From assembly GCF_037042905.1 (NCBI RefSeq), contig NC_087250.1:27716001-27780000 (forward strand): DNA of 64,000 nucleotides, written 5' to 3'. Under the pieces are notes generated by a model. It was given only the letters and a program-made list of their open reading frames with translations. It made no database searches and had not been told where the DNA came from. Of this stretch, positions 26,276 through 37,284 are shown in pieces. Each line of letters starts with the position of its first letter. The stretch's first letter is position 1. A program made the position numbers and the translations under genes. Origin of the DNA: Lytechinus pictus (lineage: Eukaryota).

Positions 26276-26862
26276 GAAAATTGTCTTCCTAGCAGTACAA
26301 CTTTTGCTTCCATGATCAGAGCAAGGTCTAACATAGACTTTAGACAAAGCTCCATGTCTGATATAACATGTATTTCATTGCCTGATGTCTCATGACATCA
26401 GGCATCAAAAGTGCGAATCGGCGCACGGCATGCTCATGAATAATTCATAGCAAGCGGTAAAAGCAAAAATTGTTAAGGCCTCGCAACTAAAGTTGCTTGA
26501 TCTCGCATGTGTCCGCGGGTTTTGCCATTTCTCTTCTTCGTCAAACTAACCTTATTTTAGCCACTACTGCCTTGTCAAAAGGCTTGATCTAATAAATAAA
26601 GCATTATCTCCTTTGATGATGCGTCACCATTCACATTATGCAAATCCAGGTGAAGATCAATGCTGTGCTGTTTCTCTTTCATATTATAAACAATTTATTT
26701 TTTATGTGATAGCAAGACTGGTATTTTTACAAGCATTCTTTATTTTCTTCTTATGAAATTAATTTATACCCTGGCACACTGTTTGTGACCTTTTCTAGTA
26801 AATATTCAATGACTATGCAATTTGTGTAAAACAGGTATTTTTAAAGGCAGTTGGCAGCTTAA

Positions 26863-27454
26863 AGGTCAAGTCCACCTCAGGAAAATGCTGACTTGAATAA
26901 ATAGAGAAAATTCAAACTTGCATAATGCTTAAAATTTCATCAAAATCGGATGTAGAATAAGAAAGTTTTGACATTTTAAAGTTTCGCTTATTTTTTATAA
27001 AACAGTGATATACACAACAAGGTGAGTCAGTCGATGATGTAAATCACTCACTATTTCGTTTGTTTTTTATTGTTTGAATTATACAATATTTCATTTTCTA
27101 TAGATTTGACAATAAGGACCAACTTGACTGAACCATATAGTATCAAACAAAGCTAATTCCACATGTTCAGGGAGGAATTAATCGTTGTATCACTTGACAA
27201 TGAGGAGAAAATTAGAATATTTCATATTTCCTATAATAAAATACAAAAGAAATAGTGAGTGGATGACGTCATCAGTCTCCTCATTTGCATACAGACCAGG
27301 ATGTGCATATAACTGTTTTTTTACATTAAGCGAAACTTTAAAATGTCATAACTTTCTTATTTTACATCCGATTTTGATGAAATTTTCAGTGTTATGCTTG
27401 TTGATTATTTATCTTTTTATTCAAATCAACTTTTTGTTGGGGTGGACTTGTCCT
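26863..27454. mobile_element. Kolobok-like MITE (TTAA TSD)
   Basis: TTAA|AGGTCAAGTCCACC ... GGTGGACTTGTCCT|TTAA. The interior resembles 13627-14248. Confidence 0.85.
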
Positions 27455-27808
27455 TTAATGTAATTGTTGTAAAACAGTACTAAATTACTCCATAACAGTA
27501 TCTATTGTAAAAAATATTTGATTTGTATTAGGTCTACTCTGTGATGGTGTAGTTATACCTTGTTTTAATATTTTCATTACAAGTTGAACATTAAACTACA
27601 TCACACCAATGACAAAAGGGGTAGAAGCATAGGTTTGCAACCTTTACTTAAAAGTTAAGCTCTTTCAAGAAAAATTTAATCTTCACTATACAAAATGTGA
27701 ATATGGATTGTTTAACAACTATAAACAAGATTATGTTCTGCCTTCTTGAAATGGTTGCAGGAGGCTTATTCCGGCTTGTGTGGCCAATTTTATCTCCCGA
27801 CAACTTAA

Positions 27809-28562
27809 CCCTAACTAGGCCGGGCTTTTTGGGCTGTTCAGTGGCCGCCGGGGGGGGGGGGGGGTTGATTCCACCCCCCCTCCCCCCGAGACCTCGGTCG
27901 CCGATGGCGCGAGTGCCGCAAAAATTTGCACGCTGGTAGTGTGCGATGTAATCTACAAGGCTGTAATGATAAAATTTTCCAAAATAATGAGATTTTATTT
28001 TACATGAATTAATTATGCTAATTTATGCATAAATCATACTTTTTGTTGTAATTCACTAAATAAAGCTCCTAGAATGCTAATTTTTTTTTAAATTATTCTT
28101 TGTAGCATTCTTAACAATCTCAATTGAAAAAAAAAATTGTTTTGGAATTCAATTTCTTATGTATTTCATTGTTTTTCAACCTTTTGTTTTTCTTTGTTTT
28201 TTTTCACCAGATTTATTGCACAACCTTTTTGAAGCATAATTATGCTAAAATCAATTGATTTCAGCTGTTAAAAGTAAAAATAATCATATCTTTATGACAT
28301 AAGATGAAAAAACTCAATTTACATTGACTTTGTATATAAAATCACGTTTAGGAACAATTTTTGGTCAGACATGCACTTACAAAATGTTGCGTAATTTCAG
28401 AACCGTGTACATGGGGTCGTAAATTTTGTCTCAAAAGATGCGCAAAACTTTTGAAGTATAAACTCTGCAAGTGGTGCGGTCAAAAAAATTTGCGCGGCGG
28501 AATGATCGCAGAAAATGTTGAGGGGGGAGTTCATTCACCCCCCCCCCCCGGCCTGTTTAGGG
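27809..28562. mobile_element. piggyBac-like MITE (TTAA TSD, CCCT..AGGG)
   Basis: TTAA|CCCTAACTAGGCCGG ... CCGGCCTGTTTAGGG|TTAA. A second copy lies at 58803-59575. Confidence 0.88.
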
Positions 28563-30027
28563 TTAAGAATAGTTGGTCTGATCAACTTTAGACTTGGTCT
28601 AAGTGTGTATAATTGAGTAGAGACGATCTGATCAGATTTTGGGGTTAAAAGTCAATGACTCATCAAATACATAATATATCCTGTTCTTGCCGTAACTCAG
28701 TAAAGAATCATGTGTGGGATCAACTTCAAATTCAAAGTTAAGGTAAGGATCTGATTATATTGCAAGATTACAGATATGCAGTCGTTATATAAATTCAAAT
28801 AGTTCATTTTCACATTAACTGTACAGTTGTCAATAGGATGAAATTCAAACTTGGTTCCTGCATGCACATTTAAGGCAGATAATCTCAGTAAATAGTAGTA
28901 GTTCAAGTTCATAGGTCACAGACATCAATATGCATGTATACCCAAAATATCTCATATTCCCATGTCGTTATAGAATCATTTGAGGGTTCTACTTCCAATA
29001 TGGCTTATCTGTGCATAATTATGACTGGTGAAATGTTAGCCCATGAGGTCAAAGTGCATGGTATAACAGTCATGTCCTCAAAAAGCATATTCTTTCATCC
29101 AAGTGATATGTGTGACTACAGAGGTTTTGCATATTTAATGAGCTTGATGAAGACCAAAGCACAAGCCACGAGAGGATTAGGATGAATCTGGCCAATTTGC
29201 TCATTAGCATAGGGACCTGCACTCTGACTGATAACTTTTTAATCTCCTGAATTCTTTGAAAGGATCAATTTGAAAATTACCTCTTGTGTGAGTGAAGATT
29301 TTTAGTCAAATTTCTATTGTCAGCAAGGTCATGTTAAAAATGTAAATATATAATATATTCTTGGTCTAGCAAAGGCAGTGCCATAAATTTTGACTGCATG
29401 TAGTTGAGAATCCATCTAGTTAGTCATAAAACATCAACGGCTAATTGTATCCATTCAACTTAGGGTTTCTTACGATACTTGCTAATGTTAAATCATGGAA
29501 GAATCACCTGTGTAAATAATGATACATTGTTTGTTAGCATTAATCGGCATGAGGCTGATCAATTTCTTTGATAACTATTTGATGCAAGATTATATGACCT
29601 TTGTGTTTTATTCAGTATTTTTAGAATGTCTCATTTCATTTTGAACATAATTTGCGACCATTTTTGCTGCCCACTCAACAGTCTTTGAAGATGTTTGTGC
29701 AAAAACTTGATTAGAATGCATACCGTTATCACACAGTACTTGCCAACTTTTAGTATCTTTTATCATGATCCTAGGCCTGCCAGTACTGAAAATAAACGTA
29801 TTTTAAACTGTATTATAGCGTATATTTTTATTTACTCAAACTGCAGTTGCTTTCCATGATCATGTCCTGGTTTTATAATACTTGCTGTTAACTAATGTAA
29901 TTGTCACTTGTTTTTTCTAACAGCGAGAATATATTGCTATATGTGTCCAGCCACCCCAATACCAACAATAAATACATTGATTTAAAGATTCTCATTGATC
30001 TTGAACAATCACATCCTAAGCTGTAAA

Positions 30028-33000
30028 TTGATTGATTGATTGATTGATTTTATTTGTCAGGCAACTATGAACAAGTACAAGAAAATATGAACAGAATTGT
30101 ATACCTTGACAGGATAACCCATGAAAGCCGAGATGGCTTATTTCCAATGGGGTCCTTACATCAGTAATTGAAGACAATGTACATCTATGAAAAAACACCT
30201 ATAGAAATCTACAAACTACATAAATTAAGTCTAGACCACTAAATTAACACGATAAATTGTAAAACTTAATATATAAAAAGACAAAAGCAAATAAGTTTGC
30301 CATGAAAAACACGCAGTCAACAAAATATGATTAAAATAATTGTAAAACAGGTTGAGTAAACGATCATTACTTCTAAGTTACATATGATAATTATACTAAT
30401 AATCAATTTTTAGGTAGCGGTAAATGCATCGTAACTAATACAAGATTCATGAATCGTAAAACCTAAGATATGAAAAAGTACAAATAAGTTTGACATCAAA
30501 CTTTCACGCAAACAACAAAAGATGATGAAACAATGTAAAACAAGTTGATAAAAAAAAAATCATATCTAAATAGTTATATATAAGACTACAATATTTAACA
30601 TTACAGAGTGGGGACGTTTTTAAAGTGTTGTTTCAATACTCTTTTAAATTGTGAAAAAGTCTTAACCGATTTAACATGATTAGGGAGGGAATTCCAAAAA
30701 TGTATACCTTTATAATAAAATGTGTTACCAATTTGACCTTTTCTCATAGGTACAACAAAGTTAAACAGACTATTTCTTGTTTCATGCCCGTGAATATTAG
30801 ATGACCGTGTAAAATTTTTTGATATGTAATGATATTCGTTTGAATAGAAAATTTTATGAATATGGTGAAGTATAAGTTGTTGCGACCTCAAGTCTATGCG
30901 AAGAAGGCCAGCTTTTTCGATTTCATTCTTCCCAACATGTGTTCTTGGGTGTAAGCAGGTAATAAATCTAACAATCTTATTTTGAATAATTATAAACTTT
31001 TTTTGATCAACCTTTCCAAGACTGCAGTACCATGCTGCATTAGCATAATCAAATAAACACTGTATTAATGAAAAGCTTAAAATGCGTCTGGATTTCGTAT
31101 TCATGCAATTTTGGTACCGGTATAGAAATTTCAAGCGAGCATTAGCTTTTTTGACAATAGAGTCAACCATGGATGTACATGAGAGATCACTATTTAATAT
31201 CAGGCCTAAATACTTCACGGAATTCTGTCTCTTAATTAATTGATTGTTATAGTATATATTGAAATCATCTGTATGCTTAGACTTACCCCGCGAACAAAAC
31301 AAAATACTTTCAGTCTTACCAACATGTAAGCTAAGCTTGTTATCTATCATCCATTTAACACAATTTGATAATTCTAAGCTAAGTTTTTCACCGATCAGCT
31401 TAGGACTTGTATCAGAATAGAGTAAAACACTGTCGTCTGCATATAAAAGTAATTTACTTTCATCAACACAAATACACATATCATTGATATAGCACATAAA
31501 AAGAATGGGACCTAATATGCTCCCCTGTGGAACTCCACACTTTATAGGCATAGAATATGAAAGTACATTTTGCATGGATACCACTTGACGGCGATTGGTC
31601 AAGTAAGACCTAAACCAATTCAAGCATGCTGAATTCAAACCCATCACTTCTAATTTCTTTAAGAGTATTTCATGATTAACCGTATCGAATGCTTTTTGTA
31701 AGTCAAGAAGAACCATGCCAACATAACGGCCTTCGGAAATTTCATTCCTAACAAAATCCAACAAGTGAATTAAACATGTTTCAGTAGAATAACCATTCCT
31801 AAAACCAGACTGAAATTCATAAATGATTTTGTATTCTTTAAAGTATTTCTCAATTTGAGAATACACGCATTTCTCCAAAATTTTCGACACTATGCTTAAC
31901 ACACTAATAGGTCTATAATTGCCAACGTGAGTTTTGTCTTTCTTTTTGTGTAGTGGTGTGACTTTAGCGATTTTCATTTCATCAGGGAAGGTACAAGTTG
32001 AAATAGATAGGTTAATAATGTAAGTTAAAGGTATAAAGACGTTTTTTGCACCATCCTTTAAAAATCTAGCAGGAACCAAGTCAAGTCCGGTACTTTTTGA
32101 TATTTTCAACTTGGATAATTCATCTAATACAAACTTTTCTGTGACAGGAGAAAAATTAAAACAGCCTCTTTGTATACCTTTATTGTCGTATAGTTTTTTC
32201 AAATTAGGACTGTCGGCCCCAAACTCACTTCTGTCCGTAATGGGGAGCTCACAGGCTAATTTATCGGCCACTGTTGTAAAATAATTGTTGAATTCGTTGG
32301 CTATCTTTAGATTATCATGACATAATTCCCCTTCAATATTAATAACACTTTTCTGAATATTTTTTTGTTTGTTTTTTAAACCTAACTCTTTGAGATTCTT
32401 CCATAATTTCCTAGAATCATGTTTATTGTCTTCAATTTGATTTTGGAAAAATTCGTCTTTAGCTTTCCTCACTTTTCTTTGTACCACATTTCGCAATAGT
32501 TTAAATTTCCTTTTGAGTTCTAAATTACCAATATCCTTTTTCATTTTCCTGAAAGCTATATTTCGTTGTCTTATCAAACCAATAATTTCACTGTTCATCC
32601 ATCTTTCTGTTCTTTGCTTAATTCTTACTTGTTTTAGAGGCGCACACTTATCAACTACTGACATGAAAATACTTTTGAAGAGTGACCAAGCAATATTTAC
32701 TTCATTACATTCAAATATAACAGACCAATTGATTTGAGATAAAACGAAATTAAAATCATTTTCACAATAGTTTTTCATACATCGAATGCTTATAGTTCTA
32801 TGTTGCCCGAATACAGGCCTGATAAGTTTCCTTGAACAATACGTTAAAAAGTGATCACTTAAGCCAATTTCAAAAACACCACTTTGACAAATATTTTCTT
32901 CTTTACTACAAATTACATGGTCTATTAATGAAGAAGTGGTAGGTGTAGTTCGGGTGGGTTTCGTTATAAGTTGGCTCAAACCATATAAATTCAAAATATT

Positions 33001-33699
33001 CTTGTATCTTTTGGTCAGTGCTGATTGTTGTAATAGACAAATATTCATGTCCCCTAAAAGTATAACCTCATCATCTTTTGTTAATATGTCCAATATATCA
33101 GGGAGAGAATCAATAAAGTGATTGTCTCTCGGGGGTCTGTAGACTACACCTAAAGTAATAGGCTTTGTATGTGGTAATAGAATGTCGATCCACAATGATT
33201 CAATACCATCAGGTGTAAGATCTTCTCTTAGATTAAATGCAATATCATTTTTAATATAAAGGCAGACCCCACCACCATGGTCGCCTGCACGATCTCGTCT
33301 TAATATAGAATAACCATCGATATAAATTTCTTCATCATTTATGGACGAATTCAACCATGTTTCAGTAATTGCAATTGCTGAAATTCTACTTTCATTGAGA
33401 AGGACGCGTAGTTCAGGAACTTTATATAAGATGGATCTGATATTTAAATGAACGAAATGCAACCCTTTTGCTTTAAATATATTATTAAATGATTTGTATA
33501 AAACAGCATTATCAATTCCAGTAGGTGTGTTAAATTCAGGGATAGGAGGTGCATTAACTGTTGAGGTGGGTTGAACATCAATAAAGGATTGTGTAAAAAT
33601 GGAGTCACAAAATGGCGGCAATGAACAGGTTAAACATATCCAATTCTCATTTGGGTTTTGATTTATCTTGTTAATATTGATCAATAATATCCCTCGCAA
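30028..33699 (-). mobile_element. CR1/L2-group LINE, 5'-truncated, with 3' UTR and (TCAA)n tail
   Basis: Minus-strand ORF2 and 3' UTR 30028-30600, with AATAAA followed by a TCAA-repeat tail. Confidence 0.9.
30601..33699 (-). CDS. LINE ORF2: partial PHD, APE endonuclease, reverse transcriptase
   Basis: Uninterrupted 1032 aa with WICLTC, HLNIRS, ITETWL, GGGVCLY, LGDMN, SDHF, NYRPIS, QSGFR, DLQKAFD, GVPQGSILGP, LYADD and KYLG. The true start is lost. Confidence 0.93.
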   Translation of the reverse strand: MRGILLININKINQNPNENWICLTCSLPPFCDSIFTQSFIDVQPTSTVNAPPIPEFNTPTGIDNAVLYKSFNNIFKAKGLHFVHLNIRSILYKVPELRVLLNESRISAIAITETWLNSSINDEEIYIDGYSILRRDRAGDHGGGVCLYIKNDIAFNLREDLTPDGIESLWIDILLPHTKPITLGVVYRPPRDNHFIDSLPDILDILTKDDEVILLGDMNICLLQQSALTKRYKNILNLYGLSQLITKPTRTTPTTSSLIDHVICSKEENICQSGVFEIGLSDHFLTYCSRKLIRPVFGQHRTISIRCMKNYCENDFNFVLSQINWSVIFECNEVNIAWSLFKSIFMSVVDKCAPLKQVRIKQRTERWMNSEIIGLIRQRNIAFRKMKKDIGNLELKRKFKLLRNVVQRKVRKAKDEFFQNQIEDNKHDSRKLWKNLKELGLKNKQKNIQKSVINIEGELCHDNLKIANEFNNYFTTVADKLACELPITDRSEFGADSPNLKKLYDNKGIQRGCFNFSPVTEKFVLDELSKLKISKSTGLDLVPARFLKDGAKNVFIPLTYIINLSISTCTFPDEMKIAKVTPLHKKKDKTHVGNYRPISVLSIVSKILEKCVYSQIEKYFKEYKIIYEFQSGFRNGYSTETCLIHLLDFVRNEISEGRYVGMVLLDLQKAFDTVNHEILLKKLEVMGLNSACLNWFRSYLTNRRQVVSMQNVLSYSMPIKCGVPQGSILGPILFMCYINDMCICVDESKLLLYADDSVLLYSDTSPKLIGEKLSLELSNCVKWMIDNKLSLHVGKTESILFCSRGKSKHTDDFNIYYNNQLIKRQNSVKYLGLILNSDLSCTSMVDSIVKKANARLKFLYRYQNCMNTKSRRILSFSLIQCLFDYANAAWYCSLGKVDQKKFIIIQNKIVRFITCLHPRTHVGKNEIEKAGLLRIDLRSQQLILHHIHKIFYSNEYHYISKNFTRSSNIHGHETRNSLFNFVVPMRKGQIGNTFYYKGIHFWNSLPNHVKSVKTFSQFKRVLKQHFKNVPTL

Positions 33700-35235
33700 G
33701 TACTTGATTGAATGCAGAAGTTTGGTGAGAGCTTCAACAAATAAGAGAACAAGATTTGGGGTTCACTTAAGCATGCGATGTGTAATATGTAGTTCAACTA
33801 CTTAGCAGTGAGCAAAACACGGATATCAAAGTCTTGTATTTTGTCTTCAACTTTTACAACCTCACATTTTGACAGTATATGAAGAATTTTTTTTTTCGGA
33901 TAAACCAATATTCTAAATATGCGTTTGGAAAACTGAATTACTATTTTGGTTATTTTCTACGAACCTTCCCTGGCAACTTATGATATTTGGGTGGCTGGCC
34001 ACATTTTGTTTTGTTGAGAAAAAATATCAAAGAGTATATGAAAAAAATATTTATGTAAAAAAGCTTGCCTAGCTGTTAGTATTTTTTCTATTGTACTTTG
34101 TCATGTAACTCTGATAGATTTCATTTCGTTACACAAAATGGGGTTCAGTATTCAGAAAAACCATTAACCTTGCCTCAACCACAACAGTACTTGCCAAACT
34201 GGATAAATCAACATTATATCAAGCTGTGTAGAAGAACTTAATGATCATGTAGATACCATTAAGTGCATACATATGTAATGTCTTTCAAGCTGTATGACAT
34301 AGATATTCTTTTCCATCCATCAGCTTCTACTATTTTTTAAAGGTTAGTATTTATTGTCATGTTGGCAAATTGTGAAATAGTTCATGTTGAAATATGTTGT
34401 ATTACCTGTCATGCATTTGTAATATTATTTTTTTAGAATATATTCTGTCATCATTTTCAGTACATAAAAGTTTATTCAATGTATGCCTTTACCAAAGTTG
34501 GCCATAAGCACAGTGGGTACCAACTATCACTGAAGACAACACAACAATTACTCAAAATATATGTATAGCCTTATAAATGTACAAGTGAATAAAATCTACT
34601 ATGACTACATAGCTTTTCTTTGTGCAACACAGTCATATTTCATTTGGATCAATTCAAAATTGAGTGGTGTTTTGGGGGTAATGCTATGGTAACTGCAGTT
34701 CTGTTGTCCTCTGACAGTTGGTGTTGTAATGATGTGATTGGCAGTGTGTGGACGTCATGTTATAAGAGAAAAAAGAACGTTAAAGTGAGAGTGTTGGCTT
34801 TGAAATGGACTCAACCTATGAAAGTTAAAGTTTGTGCTGCAGAAACTGGTGTGGTAGTGGGATGATAATGATGATGAGGAACAGGGCTGGTATTCAATGT
34901 TACTCTTAAAGCCACAATTTTAAGTATATTTTACTCAGTATTTTGCAAAAGTCACACAAAAAACAGAAACTTGCATGTGTTAGTAATCGTACTCAAATGT
35001 CAAAATAATTTTGACACTATAGCGACATACTTTGATGAGTACTTTCACTCAATGAAGGTACTTTGAAAACTCATCTTGTCGAGTATATTTCATTTGACAC
35101 TATAGTGACACATCAAGTGAGTAAATTTGAATAACTCAATCTAATGAGTAACTTAACCCAGTGTAATGAGTATGTTTAAAGTATATTTACTGACTTTTTG
35201 AGTATGTGAGCATATTACACACTTGATTAGTTTTA

Positions 35236-36125
35236 GCGATAATCTGACGATTAACTGCGCTGAGAAAATGAGTAGTATATGACTCTTGTATGTGAGTTTT
35301 GGGGTGTTGAGATCATGCATCCAAGTAATTTTACTCGGATCTCGCGTTAATTGCTTGCGCGCACACGTGATACCGGCCAAAATATGTGCAGAGCATGAAG
35401 ACTTTTCTGGTAAGTTCTACATGTCTTTTTATTTATTTTCCCCCTTTTCTTCTATAATTACTTTTCTTGACAATAATAGCTTAGACCTACATGTATGGGG
35501 CAAACATAAATGCTATTTATGGTGACAACAGGGTGCATTGATCTACATTCTCATCCATCCGAGGCTCACGCCTCTCGGTTTGGGTAACCACACACCAGCC
35601 TGTTGTTGCGCCGCTACCCCGAGGGCAAATAAGTGACATCGTCCATGATTTATGTAATCATGGACGATGTCACTTATTTGCCCTCCTCATAAATGACTCC
35701 AGCAATCGTAGCGGCACACTGGCCTTCACTCCCTTCTGGCCCCGGGGTAGCGGCGCAACAACAGGCTGGTGTGTGGTTACCCAAACCGAGAGGCGTGAGC
35801 CTCGGATGGATGAGAATGAAGATCAATGCACCCTGTTGTCACCATAAATAGCATTTATGTTTGCCCCATACATGTAGGTCTAAGCTATTATTGTCAAGAA
35901 AAGTAATTATAGAAGAAAAGGGGGAAAATAAATAAAAAGACATGTAGAACTTACCAGAAAAGTCTTCATGCTCTGCACATTTGGCCGGTATCACGTGTGC
36001 GCGCAAGCAATTAACGCGAGATCCGAGTAAAATTACTTGGATGCATGATCTCAACACCCCAAAACTCACATACAAGAGTCATATACTACTCATTTTCTCA
36101 GCGCAGTTAATCGTCAGATTATCGC
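35236..36125. mobile_element. Near-perfect palindromic element (~385-bp arms) with probable TTTA TSD
   Basis: 35236-35621 is almost the exact reverse complement of ~35743-36125; the ORF track gives near-identical peptides on opposite strands. TTTA at 35232-35235 and 36126-36129. Confidence 0.85.
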
Positions 36126-37284
36126 TTTACCTGGCTGTGAGTTTTTTCACCCGTTCTGCTATCATACCTTACAAACTTGAAGAAAAACTCATTTGTACGG
36201 ATTGTTTTACATACTTTCACTGACAGGGATACTCAAGAAAAGTAGTTAATAAATAATGTCCTTGAAAAAAAGATCAGGTGTAACAGAAACCCAGATTCTC
36301 GAGTAAAAACACATACGTTACGAATTTTTGCACTTAATTCTTTATGTAAAAAACAATTTTACTCATGGAAAATAGTTCTCGTTTTTTGTGTGTAAAATAC
36401 TTATCCATCTTTGGTATTCAATTGCATTTTTTTTGGGCTAAATATTTAGCTTAAATGTAAGTCAGCCATCTACTAGACTTAAGTCTACATATACAAAAAT
36501 GATACGCACAGAAATACATTCACACATTTGGCACTATTTGGCTCAAAACTTATAACATCACAATGGGTATTAGTATTTACTTCAATTTGGATAAGGTAAA
36601 TTCTGAGATCTGATCTGCATACAAGTTTAAGCATTTTGTTAAGCTAGCCAAATTGCTAAGTAAAATACTTACAAAATCAAAACTTAGAATTTAATAGGCG
36701 GCCGAGGTATTATTTTTTTCCAGAGGACATGTACAGATTTCTTGTTGACAATTAAAGGATGACATGATGATTATTTTGCATAACCTGGCTTATTAAAAAA
36801 AATATTATGTATATTCCATTTCAGTGATAATTGCATTTTTGGGGAGGGGATATTACATATTTGGGGAATGGAAAAGTTCAAAATGAATGCATACTTAACC
36901 TATTTACGCAGGGGGGGGGGGGGGGGCTCTGAGCTCTGCGATTTAAAAAAAAAGTATTTTGCATGTTTTGAGACCAGTTTTGCGAAGCCCGGGTACTGGG
37001 TTCTGAAAATTACCAAACAATTTATAAGTGCATATCAGACAAAAATGGCTCAAAATTGTGATATTTGTGTACCACGTCAATGGAATATGCGTTTTCAACC
37101 AAAATTCATAAATGCCTAATTGTTTTTAGTTTTGTTGAACTAAACTGATTTATTTTATGCTGTTACGAGAGTCCCAGCATCGTTGAAAAAAAAAACAATG
37201 CAATACAAAGGTAAAAAACCCAAGAAATACATTATCAAAGAACACCACAAAGAGTTTCTAAACCAAAAATTAGAACATTTGGAG

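Noticed and set aside
35153..36223. Pairs of near-identical ORFs on opposite strands (also 45310-48039)
   Set aside because: A by-product of inverted repeats, with non-ATG starts in some and no recognisable domains.
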